A program made the position numbers and the translations under genes. Positions 25,237-40,976 of a DNA stretch of 64,000 bases are shown in pieces (positions within the stretch are counted from its first letter, which is position 1; each line of letters begins with the position of its first letter). This DNA is from Chrysomallon squamiferum (taxonomy: Eukaryota; Animalia; Mollusca), in the NCBI GenBank assembly GCA_012295275.1, contig CM022678.1, positions 14,756,001 to 14,820,000 on the forward strand. The letters run 5' to 3'. Below the pieces are notes generated by a model. The model was not told the DNA's origin and made no database searches. It worked only from the letters and a program-made list of their open reading frames with translations.

Positions 25237-28200
25237 TGATGAACATGAAAATACGTAGCAATGAAGAATTAATTCAGCTAAAATTTATACAGCTGACTGA
25301 CAGACAGACAGACAAAGACATATAAAAATAATGTTTTTCTGATATTATATATAATAGAATTAATTTAGATTTATATTTTAAACAGTCACTGTTTAATATT
25401 TAATAAAAACAATATCTGATAAAAATAATGTAAATGGAATAAATGTGTAATGCATGTTAATTTAGTTTATAATCTTAAATAGCAGAATTATTTTTAATAC
25501 AAATAAATTACAATATAACGTAGAATTTAGTTTACATTGTAAAGATAAGAAATAGTTTTAGTAAAAATAATGTACATGAAATTGTAATACAGATAATATA
25601 CAACAAAAAATATTTGTTTTGAAACTATACATTATAAAAATGTTTAAATATATTGATGATGCTGTAATTGACTTGATCTGTAACATCAATCTTTTCTAAT
25701 AATAAATTATGACACAGAAAAAATTAAGAACAGGCTGTCATTTTCTTTTCTTTCATGACTTCATTTTACGTTTCAAAATATCTTCTTTTCAGTTCATATA
25801 TCTGCACTGATATCAGACTAAAGGAAATATACAGCCACTATTACATAACTGCCTTAAATTATTTAAAAACGATAAAGTTCATCGAACATAATAATAATAA
25901 AATAATAATTAAAACAAAATTTAAAAATTAAAACAAAAATCATTGTGAGTAGGTTAATTTTTCATAGCTGTAAGTATGCTTTTAGAAAATTAAAACAATT
26001 TAAAATCAACGAAATGTTTCAGTTACAATCAATTATATTCATGATAAAAAAAGATAATTCTAAGTTAAAAAAATAAAAAATAGTAATAATAAAATAAAAT
26101 AAAACATAATAGAGAGAATAACACTGATATTTTGAATAATCACAAAATTATACTGATTTAATAATGGTGTTCTTAAGAATAATATAGTTTATATAATCAG
26201 ACCCCAGCCAAATGTAAATGTAGACTTTACAACAAAAATAAATAGAAAGCATCTATATAAACAAATCTAAGAAGGTGAATATTGTCATAATCAATTCATC
26301 TAATCTTTGCTGATTTTTACTTTATTACATATTTTTAACAGATTTAAGTTATCTAGCATTTATATTCTTGAAACATCTAATATTTACAAGGTATTATTTG
26401 GTAACATTTAGCAATTTAATAAAATCATTCTGAGCACTTCTCATTTACATCAAAAATAAACAGACTATTCAGTTAGGAATTTATATAAAAAACAGTTATT
26501 AATTAAAGCTTTTTATTAAAATTATACAAAAACATTTTTAATTTATTAATCAAAGCGTCCATTAGACTGTACATCAAAGTTTAATTTTTAGCTGCATTGT
26601 TATTTTGTTTATTCAGAGATGAAGCTCCATCACACCTGTGATACTAACAAGCAAAACACAAATGAAATTAAAAGTAAAGTAGACAACAGAAAGAACTACA
26701 TGTATTAACTGTGTGATGAAAGCTATCTGAGTGAAGTGCAGACACACTACATACCTGAGAGGCAAACTTGCTCTCCGAACACTGGAGCCTTCCATGCTGT
26801 TTTTAGAACTAACAAAACACAACACCAGTCATCAACCACAAAAACACTAACAGTAAGTCTACAAGCTGAGTCTTCTCCTTTACAAACCATCTCATTATTA
26901 TCATTATTTGTCAGTAATATAAAAACAAAAGATGTACCAGAAAAAAAAAAAAAAAAAAATTAAAGTGAAAAAACATTGAATGAAAGAAAAAGAATAGTTA
27001 TCTTTGTCATTTTTCATTTCTATGAGATAAATTTAATCAAAATCAGATGTTTCGTTGTTTATCATGTTTCATTTTTGCAGTTTTTGACTAAATTAAAAAA
27101 TATCACGAATATAACTTATCTGTCTCTAAATATTTGTTTATTTACAGCAACATGTTTAAATTTACACTTTAATTAATAAACATGATAAAAAAAATTATAA
27201 TCTGTAATTAAAAATTAAATCAGAATAATCAGTCATACTGAATAATCCCAAAATTATACTGATTTAATAATGGTGTTCTTAAGAACAGCTATTTTTTTTT
27301 AATTTTTATATTTTTTTTAAAGTTTAATTTATTCACAAAAATCATTCTATAGGACAAAAATTTTAAACATTTGTAACTGATACTAAAATAGCAAGATTAT
27401 GAAGTAAATATTTTTTTTTACAAATTCTAAAAATAATATTTAAAATGTTTCTTAATAAATCACATTTAAAATGAACTATTTTAGTAGTAATTCATAAATT
27501 GTTGCTGTTGGCTAAATCATTATTAGCAACATCCTCTACACATTAAGCTGGCTTTATTCTCAAAGCACACTAAAACTTTAAAGAGGAGGCTTTAAGTATA
27601 ATCAATACATTAGTTTAATTAAATGACATAAGTTCAGTTAATTAAGAATATCTTCAATAAGATCTTTAACTGTAAATTAATGCATAAACATCAGTGTTAA
27701 AGTAAAATCAAAATTATTTGCTGTAACACTAATTTCATCAAATGTCAAAACATTCATATAAATGTTCTATTTAAGTCATTCAGTATTTCAGTTATTCTGT
27801 TTTTTAGCCATACTTCATAAAAAGTTAATGTCGCAACCTACCTTATAAATTTGTTTCAAATAATAAAGGATAATTCTAGCATGCGTATAGTTTCAGAAAG
27901 TAAGATCAATATCAAAGCATGCCTATAATATTAATTACAAAAATTAAAATAATTTTTCCTTTTTTCTTGTTAGAAATGTTGAAAAGTTGACAGTAACATA
28001 AACAAAACATTTTCTACATAGTGTAAGCAGTTTTAATATTAATTAACTGTTATTAAACAGAAAATACTGTTAAGAATTTCAAATTATGTGAACTGCAGTT
28101 GTTTAACAAGTGTATGCATAAATAAACATATATAAGATGAATACAGGTGTTTTAAAATAAATTATTTCTTGATTAACAAATGCTACATTTTACATTTTAT

Positions 28201-31200
28201 ACGACAGGAGATGAATCTAAATGATGCTATTGATTAATTTATTAGTGTGCTGTTTGTGTGGGATAGAATTTGGTTATTATTCCTTTTTTTTTCTTATTCT
28301 TTTGGATGGACCTAAATTTCTTCCTAACTTTAAGGCACAAGAAACACATTTAAACAACATTAGCAACAAAATAACTTCTATGCAGAGTTAAAGTTGCCCT
28401 GTGGACAAAGAAATACAGTTTTTCAGGGCTTATAATAATAACAATTACTACTGCTACTACTACTACTACTATTATTGTTATTTTAAGAATTAGAGTAAAA
28501 TCCTGCTCCACCATTCTATTAATTAGAGCCCAAGAATCTTTATAACCATGTTTTTTCAGAGAAGAACTTTCATTCGATAATCTGTTATGTATTTATGTTT
28601 GGAACTGAATGTAGCCCAAATGGCTTGATAAGAAGAATTGATATGAAAACCTTAGTACTGCCTTGACAATGAGAAATATTTTTATTGAAAAATAAAATTA
28701 AAATAATAATAATAATAATAATAAAAAGTGACCTAAAAAAAGGAAATAAAATAATAAAAAATTAAAAAAATATAAAAAAGAGAAAGAAAAAAATGTGACA
28801 TTCAAGAGTGTCAAGTGGGTTTTGCTTACAGATACTCATGCTGAAGTATGAGTTACATTCACATGATACGACATTGTTTGTACACTGTCATATGATATAT
28901 ATATATATATATATATAAATAACAATGTGTTACTGAAAATTACTACATAATCACAATGTCAGCATATCACTTTACATCATTACACACATACACACACACA
29001 CGCAATAAAGGACTTGTGCCATATATAACTTTTAAGACTGTTTTAATACTCTGTGTAAAAACTATCATCCAATAAAATGTCTCAACTAAATATTGAATGC
29101 ATTTATATCTAACTTCCCAGCAAATTCATTTTTCTTTTCAGTACATGCATGTATATGTGTTCGTGTGTGTTGGTATGTGTCTATGCATGTGTGTGTTTGT
29201 GATTTTTTGTTTCTTCTACTCTGTATACATGTGTACATGTGTGTGTATGTGTGTGGGTTTGTATATATGCGTGTGTTTGTGGGTATATTTGTGAGTTTGT
29301 GTTTCTTCTAAATGTGTGTACATATGTGTGTGTGTGTGTGTGTGTGTGTGTCTGCATGTGTTTGTAAGTTGATATGACAGGGTTATGTTCTCCATATATT
29401 TACATAAACTAGCTATTACTGTATTCAAACTGAAATACTATGTCTTCTAACAAACAGAAATTGATGTCTTTACACATTCAGAATTGTAAAACAGCCATGT
29501 GACCAATATCAAAAGTTTGCTGATATCATTTCAACAATTCTCCATTTTTCAGGATCTTTAAAATCAAACGAGATTATTATGTGAAACTCGTTTAACTACA
29601 CAAAGACTGTTATCAGTTTTTATTACAGATCTACTGTTTCGTAAAATCTTCTTTCAAACTTCACCATGGTAAAATCAGACGAAATTATTTTTGAGTGCTA
29701 CTTGTATAATAAATACAGAGATAGTAGGAGACAGTGTTTATTATAAATAAAAATCTCTACTAAAATCTTTTTTTCACACTCACAGTAATAAGAGTTATTT
29801 AAAAACATGAGTAATAAAGAAAACTGTGTGAAACTCACATGGTTGTTCTGCTCAGCTTATTCAGCAATGTCCCAAATATGAAGGACTTGCTCTTCTCACT
29901 TGTTATGTCATCAAGACTTCTCCCAATAGTAACATCGTCATCACTGCAACCTGGAAAAGTCACTTGTTAAAATAATGTCCAACACAATATCAACAATAAA
30001 CAAACACAGAAAAGCCCAGCTCTGGAGCAATATGGAGTAATGAAAAAGTGAATAAACACAATAAACATCAGATTTAAATTAAAAAAATAAATATTAGTTT
30101 AAAATAATAAAGTGTTCATAGTGTAATTTATACTGTAGATGTAAAATACCTTTTTTTTTAGTTACAATTCTACTGAATTATTTCATGTTATAAAATGTAA
30201 ATAAGCATATTTAAAATTTAGAATAAAATTGTTTAATATTTAAAATTTACAACTTAGCAAAAAACATTGGTTGAATAAAAAATAAAAACCATCTTATTTC
30301 AAAGCTGCTATGCATAAATCTAGTATTTCACATGTAAAAATAAAAATAAAAATAAATTTTAATTAATTACCAGTTGAGGAGACGTGGGTTATCTGAGGGG
30401 TCAAACCCGGGCAACGTCCAAGTTCAACTAACTCTCCTGTACTGCTTGAAACATGAAGGCCAGTTCGGTCATCTGGAACTGAAACAAAATTTTAAATGTT
30501 CACAAATTTCCAAAAATTTCTTGAAACAAAAATCAACGTCTCCAAGAATGTGCTGCTGCTGCCCAAAGCTTTTCAGACCACGTCGATAGAATCATAAAAA
30601 CACGTGTGTTAGCTACAAATCATTATTAGCTTTTGAGAAATTTCTCCAATAATCAACTTAACCTCATTACAACAGGTAATTAGAAAGCGACCTGTTCAAA
30701 TGTGACAGACAGCACTCATCTATCACATCCACACCTATCAGCAAGCTCTCTCAGGCTATGTTTGACAGAGTGCAAAAAAAATAAAAAAATGTTTTATGAA
30801 TCACCAAGTAAAAACAATAACAAAGACAAAAAAACAAATATGTATATTTGCATACCATTCATGATCTGGTATTAGTTTACACACACACACATATTATATC
30901 TGTGTGTTTTTAAGAGAAATGGTATCAAGAAAACTAAAAAGAAACATGATCATCTGTAATCTTAAATCAATAAATATTATTTTGTGAGGTAGTTTAAAGA
31001 AAAATTTCTTTACAGAGATATAATATTTTCCACAAACACTGTAACAAAGTAAATAAAGTCTGTTATTATTGCTTAGTCACTTTTTTATTATAGTATTTGT
31101 GTTTGAATTTCACCAGGTTTGATGTAACATCACTGAAGTACAGTGCTGGTGATGATGCGATGCAGACAGGAACTGTCATCAACATTCAAATACTGCATGC

Positions 31201-32697
31201 AGTCATTTTTGTAAATATTTTTTTTTTATTATGACAAAACACACATGAACTAGGTAATTAAAAAAAATAACACACAGAGGAATGTAAAAAAATCTATTTT
31301 ATATTTTTGGAATAAATACGTATGCTGTTTAAAGCAAGTTTGACACACATGGTAAATCTACTGTAAATCTGTGTACATTATATATTTTTTGGTTTCTGTT
31401 TTTTACTGTACAGTAATATAGTCATCAAACAAATGTATATAAATAATATATATACACACATACACACACTTGCTTGATGACTATATTAATGTACAGTAAA
31501 AAAACAAACAAAAAACACACAGATATATACATAAATAGGTACTTAAATTCCAGATAATATTACTGTAAACAATATATTTATATAACGATGTTTCTTTCCA
31601 GCATCACTCTATATTTACTTATTTCCCTGTAACTGAGCAATTGGGACTTAGTGTCACGAAAGGAGGACATAAATAGAACAAGTTATCGATAACAGTTATT
31701 GAACTGTTTGCTGAGCTAAAGCCTTGCTTTCTAACGTTTGTCTTGAACCTAGAAAACCTGTTAAAACTGGTCAACTGTGTATTAAGAGTCTTCTGATCTT
31801 ACATGTATATCATTCTGTGCTACCTGTATGTTAGTAAACTGAGAAACCTACTACTGCAAACTACTTTGGCTTTCTTTTATGTTTGTTGTTGAATGTCTTG
31901 TTGTCTTTGTTGTGATGGTCCAGGTGCATTCAGTCTTTGTTTGTCTGCTGTTTACTTTGCGATATCATTATAAATAAACAGATTCAAATAGTACATATAA
32001 ATGTGAATGTGCCTGGGTGTGTGAATATGGGAGTATGTTTATGTTTATAAACATTTATTATTGTTATTATTATTTGTCTTTGGCATAATAATATAGTAAT
32101 AATACATCTGTTAAAAACACAAAAGTAGAAATAATTCAATAACCACAAAGTTTGAAAAGGTGAAGTAATATCTTCATCATTTTGTTAAAAACTTATCTGA
32201 CTGAAATATTAGCATTATATAGATAGAGAAATCTTTTTGTTTGTTTTTTAAATTGTCATAATTTATTTTTTATTTTCTATTTTCAATAATCAACATATAA
32301 CAGTAATATTACAATCAAGCAAATAAATTCCTATAAACTTAACACAAAATAAGAAATGATTAGTACTTTCTGATCATAAATACCTAACTTATTATCTAAA
32401 AACAACAGTTTTAGTTTTCTTTTACATTAATAATCGAACAAAGAATTTTGTTTCCTGTTTCTAAAGTAAATACGCAACTAAGTTAATCGTGTAAGCTGAT
32501 AAACAAAAATACAGTGCAGGGATAGTAAATTACTGTGATTTGTTCCTGTTATTTTAAGAATATAATTCTGACAATACTGTACCTCTTAGATGCTGCCTTT
32601 GTAAGAGAAATTCAGTGCGAGTGCTAGGAGCACTAATGTTTCGTTTGCGTATATGTTCATGATACCAGCTATCCAAATCTTGCAGTGACGCCTTCAT
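16897..32697 (-). CDS. TMCC: Transmembrane and coiled-coil domain family protein (TMCC/TEX28/Dementin homolog), about 638 aa
   Basis: Exons 32697-32583, 30472-30371, 29950-29839, 26808-26755, 24181-23989, 23153-23003, 22301-22073, 21469-21425, 21102-21070, 20602-20523, 20293-20233, 19733-19520, 18835-18704, 18326-18237, 17843-17665 and 17023-16897 join in frame. Family motifs: [62 protein letters not shown], and a C-terminal double TM segment ([22 protein letters not shown]). The first four exons rest on splice and phase consistency only. Confidence 0.92.
31399..31503. repeat. Inverted repeat, 34-bp arms around a TA/CA microsatellite
   Basis: TTTTTTACTGTACAGTAATATAGTCATCAAACAA matches the reverse complement of 31470-31503 with 2 mismatches. 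Confidence 0.85.
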
Positions 32698-34201
32698 TTT
32701 TTTTTTCTTTTCAATTCACATTTATTTCATGACCACCACACTAAATGTTTAAAATTCATTTTACAATTCTAATTTATTCCTTTCAGTCTGAGGTTTGCAA
32801 ATAGCAGGGCATTTTAATGAAGTAAACAGAAACCAGTCTATAATCCTTGGACAGTGTTTACTTTCATTTCAGTGAATAGAATATATCTTCTCTCTTTGTA
32901 ATGCTTGATCAGTCATATAGTATCTGAAAGTCAAGGGTAATAATCAAAAACCTGTTTTCCTTTAAACTTAGAAATGAAAAGACCTTTTTATTCACTGAAT
33001 TATACATAAAATGATGAAACCTGAAGAAGTTTCAATCATTTAATATTTCTGATAAATAAATCAGATTAAACATAAAATAATTAAGCTGTATCACTACCTC
33101 TGAAACGGGCAAACAAAGATTTTGTCCATAAGAGAGAGAGAGAGAGTGTGTGCAAAAGTTGATCTAAGATTTTACTGTTTCAATTTAATTCTGTTGTGAT
33201 AAAAAATAATAAAAGTTTCAGTGCATTTCATGAGATATCACAATGTATTTTAATTGTCAATAACACTTGTTCAAACTATTAATTCAGTATTCTTAACGAC
33301 ACACCTAATAATAAATACATATTATTATTTAAGATAGAAATCCGTATGAATAATATTTTATGAGCTTATGTTGCAATAATGTTGTAATGAGTCATGCGTT
33401 TTGAATGCTAAAAATTATCTAGTTCAGTTCTAATAATTCAAGAGATATAACTAACTATATTTTATTATTTTTTATTTGTTTAAAATATTGTAAGAAAATT
33501 TTAAAATAATGAAAAAATAGAACAAAATCAAAATGAAATACAGTAAAAACAAAAATTACCTACAATAATAAAGCAGTATGAAAATTTACAAGTTTTGAAT
33601 AAATATAATTAATATATCTTTTTAGTAAGTTAAATAAATTAAATTTTATAAGTTTGTATTTTTTCCAAAATGGAATATATATTGTTATAACTCAAAAAAA
33701 AAAAAAAAAAATACATGATTTAAAATCACTGTGTACATTAAATCACAGATAAAATGATATACCATATACCACAGTATTTTTAAATTGATTATTGATGGCA
33801 TGTTAATTGTCTTCATTACTTATTTATGAAATAAACATAAAATTAAAATCTACATTATCACATATTGAGAAACTTCCCTAATGAAATATATGAATATGAA
33901 AAGGTATATACAAAGGGAAAAAAATAAGTTTTTTTTTCTTTTCAAACAGCCTTAAATTATTCATAAAGTTGTGCTTTCAGTTATAATTGAACATTCCAGT
34001 TCGACCAAATGAATTACAAAACTACATTAATCATATAATTAATTATACAATTAGTTCTTCAGAAAATGTGAAACATGATCCAAATAAATTGTGATTAAAT
34101 AAAGTGTTTATAATATATTTTGTAACAAGATAGTTTTAATATATATTAATTTAAAAAAAAATGATACTCTTAGTTCACAAACCACTGATTGTGCAGATAT
34201 A

Positions 34202-34304
34202 TTATTGGAAATTAAGTGACATAGTTTTATATATATATATATATATTAGTTTTATCTATATATATATATAGATAGATAAAACTATGTCACTTAATTTCCA
34301 ATAA
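34202..34304. repeat. Inverted repeat, 27-bp perfect arms around (TA)n tracts
   Basis: TTATTGGAAATTAAGTGACATAGTTTT ... AAAACTATGTCACTTAATTTCCAATAA. Confidence 0.9.
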
Positions 34305-34475
34305 CTGCACTAGGTGACACAAGTATATTAATTTCCAATGAAAGAACTAGGTAACATATGTGGTTCTAGTGGTACTATTAGTATCAAGAATAGTGCTAGG
34401 CAATACTGGTGGTAACTACTGTAATAATAAAATCCTAGTGCTAGGTAACATAGGTAATAAATATTAAGTTCCAAT

Positions 34476-34870
34476 ATCAGTGCTATGTAATATAAATGGT
34501 ACTAGTAAAATTAATTTTTGATAACAAAACTATGTAATATAGGTGTTACTAGAAATATTAATTTTTACTAACAGAACTATGTAATATAGGTGGTACTAGA
34601 AATATTAATTTTTAATAACAGAACTATCTAATATAGGTGGTACTAGAAATATTAATTTTTACTAACAGAACTATGTAACATAGGTGGTACTAGAAATATT
34701 AATTTTTACTAACAGAACTATCTAATATAGGTGGTACTAGAAATATTAATTTTTACTAACAGAACTATGTAATATAGGTGGTACTAGAAATATTAATTCT
34801 TAATAACAGAACTATGTAATACAGGTGGTAATACAAGTAATATTAATTTCCAATAAAAGTACTAGATAAC
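34476..34870. repeat. 47-bp minisatellite, about 8 copies (degenerate copies extend to about 34310)
   Basis: Unit AACAGAACTATGTAATATAGGTGGTACTAGAAATATTAATTTTTACT starts at 34570, 34617, 34664, 34711, 34758 and 34805. Confidence 0.95.
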
Positions 34871-37800
34871 ACAGGTGATCAATTAATTTCAGATGATTAA
34901 TAACCATCATTACCCACGTGGTCAATATGAGGATATTTCTAGACATGCAGCCACACTTTCCGAAATTAACTTATCATTTTGAAATAACAGCAACCGACAT
35001 CTTTATCTTGCAAATTACTTAAAACAGAACACAAACGAAAAACAATCACAATATTCAAGTATTTTTCATCACTGCTGAACTGAATGATCTCACTTTCTCA
35101 TTCCATGAATTAATTTCACTTCTGTGGACAATCCATCCTACTTCTTTTCCATGAACTAGTTTTGAAAAATTACACTGGCTGAGACATGAACAACTAATAA
35201 ACAAACACTACTGGTTTCATGTCCTGGTCTGAACTGTATTTAAAATTTTTAAACAATATAATAAATAAAAGTAATTTCTGAGTATAACAGTTTGCTGACA
35301 CTCAGAAATTCACTGAACAATAGTGTATGACACAAATACTGAACAACTTGCTCTTCCTAAAATGATAAGAGAAAGACATCTTTCTAGCTTAAGTTTTAAC
35401 ACTTGACTTTCTCAGCAGTTTCCTTCCTCTCATCAGACAGAACCAACGACAGCCAACAGAAAGAAAACTGACCTAGCTGCAGAAGACAAACCCTGCAAAA
35501 GGACATGCAAATCTCTGTGGAGGTTTTCACCTTAGTCAATATAATGTATCCAAGAACAAATTTGAGAAGTTCTTTGTTTCAGAGCAACATGCACTGTCTG
35601 CCTACTGACCTGGCTGAGTATTAACTTTCCTGCAAAGCCTATTTGAACAAGTGACAATGCATACTCAGAGCTTCATTACTAATTTCTTCTTCTTTTTTTC
35701 TTTTATTAAATACTGTGATTGCCATATAGAATACTTACAAAATAATTTTCATATCTTTTTAAAATGTTTTTAAAAATCAGTTCTTGTATGTATTTTTATT
35801 TTACAGCTCCAAAGCCTATATTAATTTAATTAATTACATTCATATTCAGCAGAAAAGAACACCTTAATTTGTCATAGAAAAAATAATACGAATAAATAAA
35901 AATGAATTATTATAAATTTATTGAAGGATGGAAGTTATTCAAAACACATGAATTCTTCACATCTGATAAAATTTTATAATAAAATTATAATTAACTTAAA
36001 TACTCAATAAATTATTAACAATGAACCCAACTACTGATATATAATCTTCTGTTACTCTGCACAGTCTGCTTTTAAGTAAAACAAATTTTAAATTTTACCC
36101 TCTTTTCTACAAATCAACACCCTTACAAAAATAACTGCTTTATGAACAATACAGGACACACCCTTCACAGCTAGTCACCAGATAAGTAAATAGATCATAA
36201 ATTATCTGTGAAAAGAAAATCTCTCTCCAGAGATAACAAGACATAATTTATTTAACTTTTCCTATATTATGAATCACTTTCTATTAAAAAAGTCTATAGT
36301 ATTACACACACACACACACACGCACATTTTAACAAGCATATTAAATACTGTACCTCTACCATCAGCATTGACAATTATAATCCTGCATGATTTTACAGAT
36401 GTTATCAATATACAGAAATAGACTTAATTCATTACTTAATTGACAAACTTGGCTGTATTTCTAGAATCACATTTAAAACCTGGAACAAAGGTCAGAGTGT
36501 TAAAGGTCAGGACTGTCTGTGACTAACATACAGTGAATATTTTACATGCCTGTCATGTTAGAAGGAAATAAAAAGTGATAATAAAAATTTCATTCAGTGT
36601 TGGTAATAATGATTACAATAATTTTTTTAAATATTTTGTCATAAATTATATTTTTATGAACATGATGATGTATGTATATATATATATATATATAGGAATA
36701 TTATGTAATTCATTTCAACAGCACAATGGATGGTGACAAAAGCTATTGTACTGATCATGAATCATCTTCACTAAATATAATAAAAGTGATATCATTTAAA
36801 CACTGGCACCAGATATATTCATATTCTTTTGGTGTTTTGTTCTTTGCTTTTATAAATGATATCCTTAGCATTAAACAGAATTAGATTAACTGTATCTGAA
36901 AAACATTAAATTATTACTTACAATTTTTATAAATCTTTTTTCTCCCATAAACCTAAAAAAGGTGTTTGGAAAAGTTAGCAAAATTACAATGTCAAACTGT
37001 AGATAAAAAAATAACATACAGCCACATTTTCAAAAATTAATATTATGTTAGATCAGTTGTAACTTCTAAACCAATAATTCATACAAATTATACAAATTAC
37101 TTAAGCAGAATTAAAATTATCTTAGACAATGACTTAAACCTGAAACAAAACACAGAAAAGGTCAACATGTTTATTAGAAGAAACTGACTGAAAAGACATC
37201 TAACAAATATTGTGAGAACAAATGTCATTCTGGTACAACTAAACTTTACCAAACCATCAAACAAAACAGGATAATCTGTCCCTTCAGGTGAGATACTCTC
37301 ATACACAGGTTAAACCATCCATCCATTTGATTTTGAGAAAAAGAATGCCAGCTGAAAAGATGTTTGTAATTATGCCAGAGTAAAAGAGGTATGGAAAGAT
37401 TTCATTACAATTTGATATCCAGGTAGGATTATTTGTCTTTTCTGCATTACAACAGAGTCAACTTGAATTTCGGTGAATATGACTAAAGTAAAACTTTATC
37501 AAGCTTTTATTCTAGAAAGATGAATGCATTTTGAAGAAGTTAAAAAAAAACACATGATTGTCATAACATTGTTATAATGTGGTTCGCAGATCCATTTTTG
37601 AATTATATGCACCGATCATTATATTATTTTGTTTTCAAGTACATTCCATTATTGTCATCATTAGTATGTGAAGAATTTATTACAAGTTTTTCTCTTGCCA
37701 GACTTAGGATCAGTGATGTCAGCTAATCTGAAATGTAGGTAATTTCTTGTGAAATCTGATGCAGCATGGAAAATACTGATAAGGTATAAAAATCATTTAC

Positions 37801-39018
37801 ATTCTATACATACAAAATACATCAGTGTATGCCATGCAATAATAAAGGAATAAACACTAACTGTGTAGTGTTTTCCTTAAAATATTTATCATTTTGTCTC
37901 ACACATTTCAGAAAAAAAGAAAAAGAAAAGATAATAAAGCAAAATGAATTATAAACTTGTAATAAAGAATCCTTTTTAAATTGTAATATTAAAATATAAA
38001 CAACCCACCTTTTTGGGGGGAATTCTGGTAATAAATTACATTTAAGTACATACAAACATACACAGACCAGTGAAACATACATTTCTGTAGTATGACAACA
38101 AAATGAGGCCAACAGGAATTTCATATATTTAAATATCTTCTTTACAAAGACCATAATATAACACAAAATATGTTTATTATGGGAATGATAAGTGAAAAGT
38201 ATTGTTCAGATAAGAGAGGGTGTGTACTGCCAGTGTCATGCTATCTGATAGGAAATACATGGCAACCAAGTGCAGGGGAAAAACGACAGCTCACTGTATA
38301 TTGCTGTACCATGACATCACCTTGTTTTAACATGTTTGTAATTGTTCACAACACAAGCAGAGTAGTCACTGCATATTTCAGTATCATGACATCATACGAT
38401 TCTAACATATCTGTTATTTTTATTAGAAACAAAACAGAAATTAGAAGTGATGTTCACTGAGTACTGACATAAATAAATATTCTTTTTCTTACCATTTTAT
38501 GTTCTTTGGAACTTGTTTTAAAAGACAGTTCAGAGATAATAACAGTAGTGTTCTAATTCTGACTATAACAGGTTAATATAAAAAATAAAGGATTTTTGAA
38601 AAACAAATAAATACAACGAACAATAAATTAACAACATTTACAACTTTCGCAGGCAACCTATTTTTGACGTTAACATATTTATTATATTACCATTTTCTTC
38701 CCTGTGATGTAAGTTGCATTAAAATGAAAAGAAAGAACTTTACCTAAGCAGCATATATACAAATAAAAATGCTTGGATTAAATAATTAAATGATTAGATG
38801 ATTAGTAACCTCCAAAAAACTGAACAGTGACGGTGAAAAAGATACGTTTTCAGATTGGATTTTGATTTTCGTTACTATTATGATTATTAATGCAATACAT
38901 ATTTTTGCGCTAGATACAAATAATACATACCACATGTAATAAGCTGTTAGAACAATAACCAACTGCAAATATTACGTTTGTTAATCTAGTGAAAATATGA
39001 TACGACAAACAGCAAAAT

Positions 39019-39070
39019 ACTCACATTAACGTTCCGGGACCTCCAAAAATTCCTTAAACGGAAGTCGATT
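39019..39070 (-). promoter_or_regulatory. Candidate promoter / non-coding first exon of the TMCC gene
   Basis: Minus-strand donor GTGAGT at 39024-39019, an ETS-type CGGAAGT at 39059-39065 and local CpG enrichment, 6.3 kb upstream of the ATG. Confidence 0.4.
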
Positions 39071-40919
39071 TTTTAGGGTATTGTGGGGAATTAAAGAACT
39101 GCTACTCTATTTTGTACCTATATTATCATTGTGTAAAGATTCATCTCCCTTAATATATAGCTATACACTACTGTTAAAACTTGCAAAACAAATTGACATT
39201 TCAAATAGTAATTATTAACAGTTATAAAACCGTAATTAAGTTTACATGTGTGTGTGTGTGTGTGTGTGTTTTTTTTGTTATTTGTGCACACATCTTTTCA
39301 AAACATTCTATTGTATATTTTATTACCAGACTTATAAGGTGTATCTTTTTGTGTGTACGTCTTTCATCATTCATATATCGTATTTAAAATTGTAATACAG
39401 ATGTAAACAAAAAGTTTTTTTTTTTTTTTTTTTTTTTTAAAACATCATCTTTGTATATGTATGTATCGTTTTGTATATGTATGTTGTTTTCAAAAGTTTT
39501 TATTGTCAACTATGTTATGAATTTATAATTCTAATAATAATTTATTAAGATAATAAAACTTGTATCACGTAATCATTTATTTTTGAAAGTCTTAATTGTG
39601 CTTTCCACTCTATGAAGAGCATATTCAGAAAAATCTAATTTTAATGTAAAGGACACTAAAATTTTAGAATCTGTCATCGAAAACAATGAAAAAACCAAAA
39701 CTTAAAATTTAATTTTTAAATTTTTCCAATTTATTAAATTAGTGTTAAGGGAATTCTTCCAGAATTTTGAAAACGAAATTAAAATGCAACTGTATTTTAG
39801 TAACAATCACTTTGAAAAACCTAATTTCATGTCTTAAAACATGTAACAAGAAAGTCACATCGACACCTCCCCAATCTAATTGTGCTAATGATTAAGATAC
39901 TCATGAGGAAGATACTCAACGTGACTGGAAAACAACGCTTATGGCAAATACTGAAACTGCGTCCGTATCCAAACATATGTAACCATAAAATCAGCTAAAA
40001 AAATACCAGTCAGAATTAATAAGAAGAGCTCGGTAGCGCCCCCTTTTATTGACCCACAGAGCATTTGCCACACTTGCCATTAGATAAAACCACTGTTTAG
40101 ATATTATTATTTTCACGATAAAGTTTATTTCCGAGGTATTACGTGTTGTTTTATGCATTCTTACCCCAACATTTTTTTTTTATATGTAAGCCAAAATGAA
40201 ACCACCAAGCAAATTAGTAATCAAAAATGTTCTGTTATTGTTACAAATTTCATTTTGTATGTTTATATATTTCTCAAAAATATCTTTTGAAATGATTACT
40301 GTATTTAATTTCTAAAGAAAAATATTACTAAAGACCATGGTCTTAACTACACTGAGACAAATGCCCCATATCGAAACTGACAATTTTTATTTCATTTAAA
40401 AAATATAAAATATAAATGGCTAGAATCGCGAATTTCAGCCCCCAGATTTGTTTCCTCCGCTCCACTCGGCGACTGAATGTTTTTGCCTTATTTCAAAAAA
40501 TCAAGTTACTGCTACTGACATTATTCCACTAAATTTACTAAAAATGTGCTTTCTGCACTGAAATATATAGAGCGGTATTTGTGTGTGTGCATTTATTAAA
40601 TACTACTACTACTAATAATAACTGAATAAAATTAATATATGTGTGTGAATGTGTGTGTATATAATATATATATGAATATATATATATATATATAGTTATG
40701 TATATACACACACACACATAGATATAGATAAAGAAATATATATTATATATATATTTATATATGTACACCAACAGAAATGAAGAAACAATTAATGTTACTA
40801 TTAATATTATGTGTTGTGCTAATACAAAAGTTCGAGGACACGTGAATAGGTCCAGCTAAACGCTATATCACGTATTTGAGATTTTCGAAATTTAAAAAAA
40901 ATATATAAAAAAAATAAGA

Positions 40920-40976
<57 letters not shown>

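Noticed and set aside
34476-34870. Regularly spaced repeats superficially like a CRISPR array
   Set aside because: Head-to-tail 47-bp units without unique spacers in a eukaryotic context, so a minisatellite.
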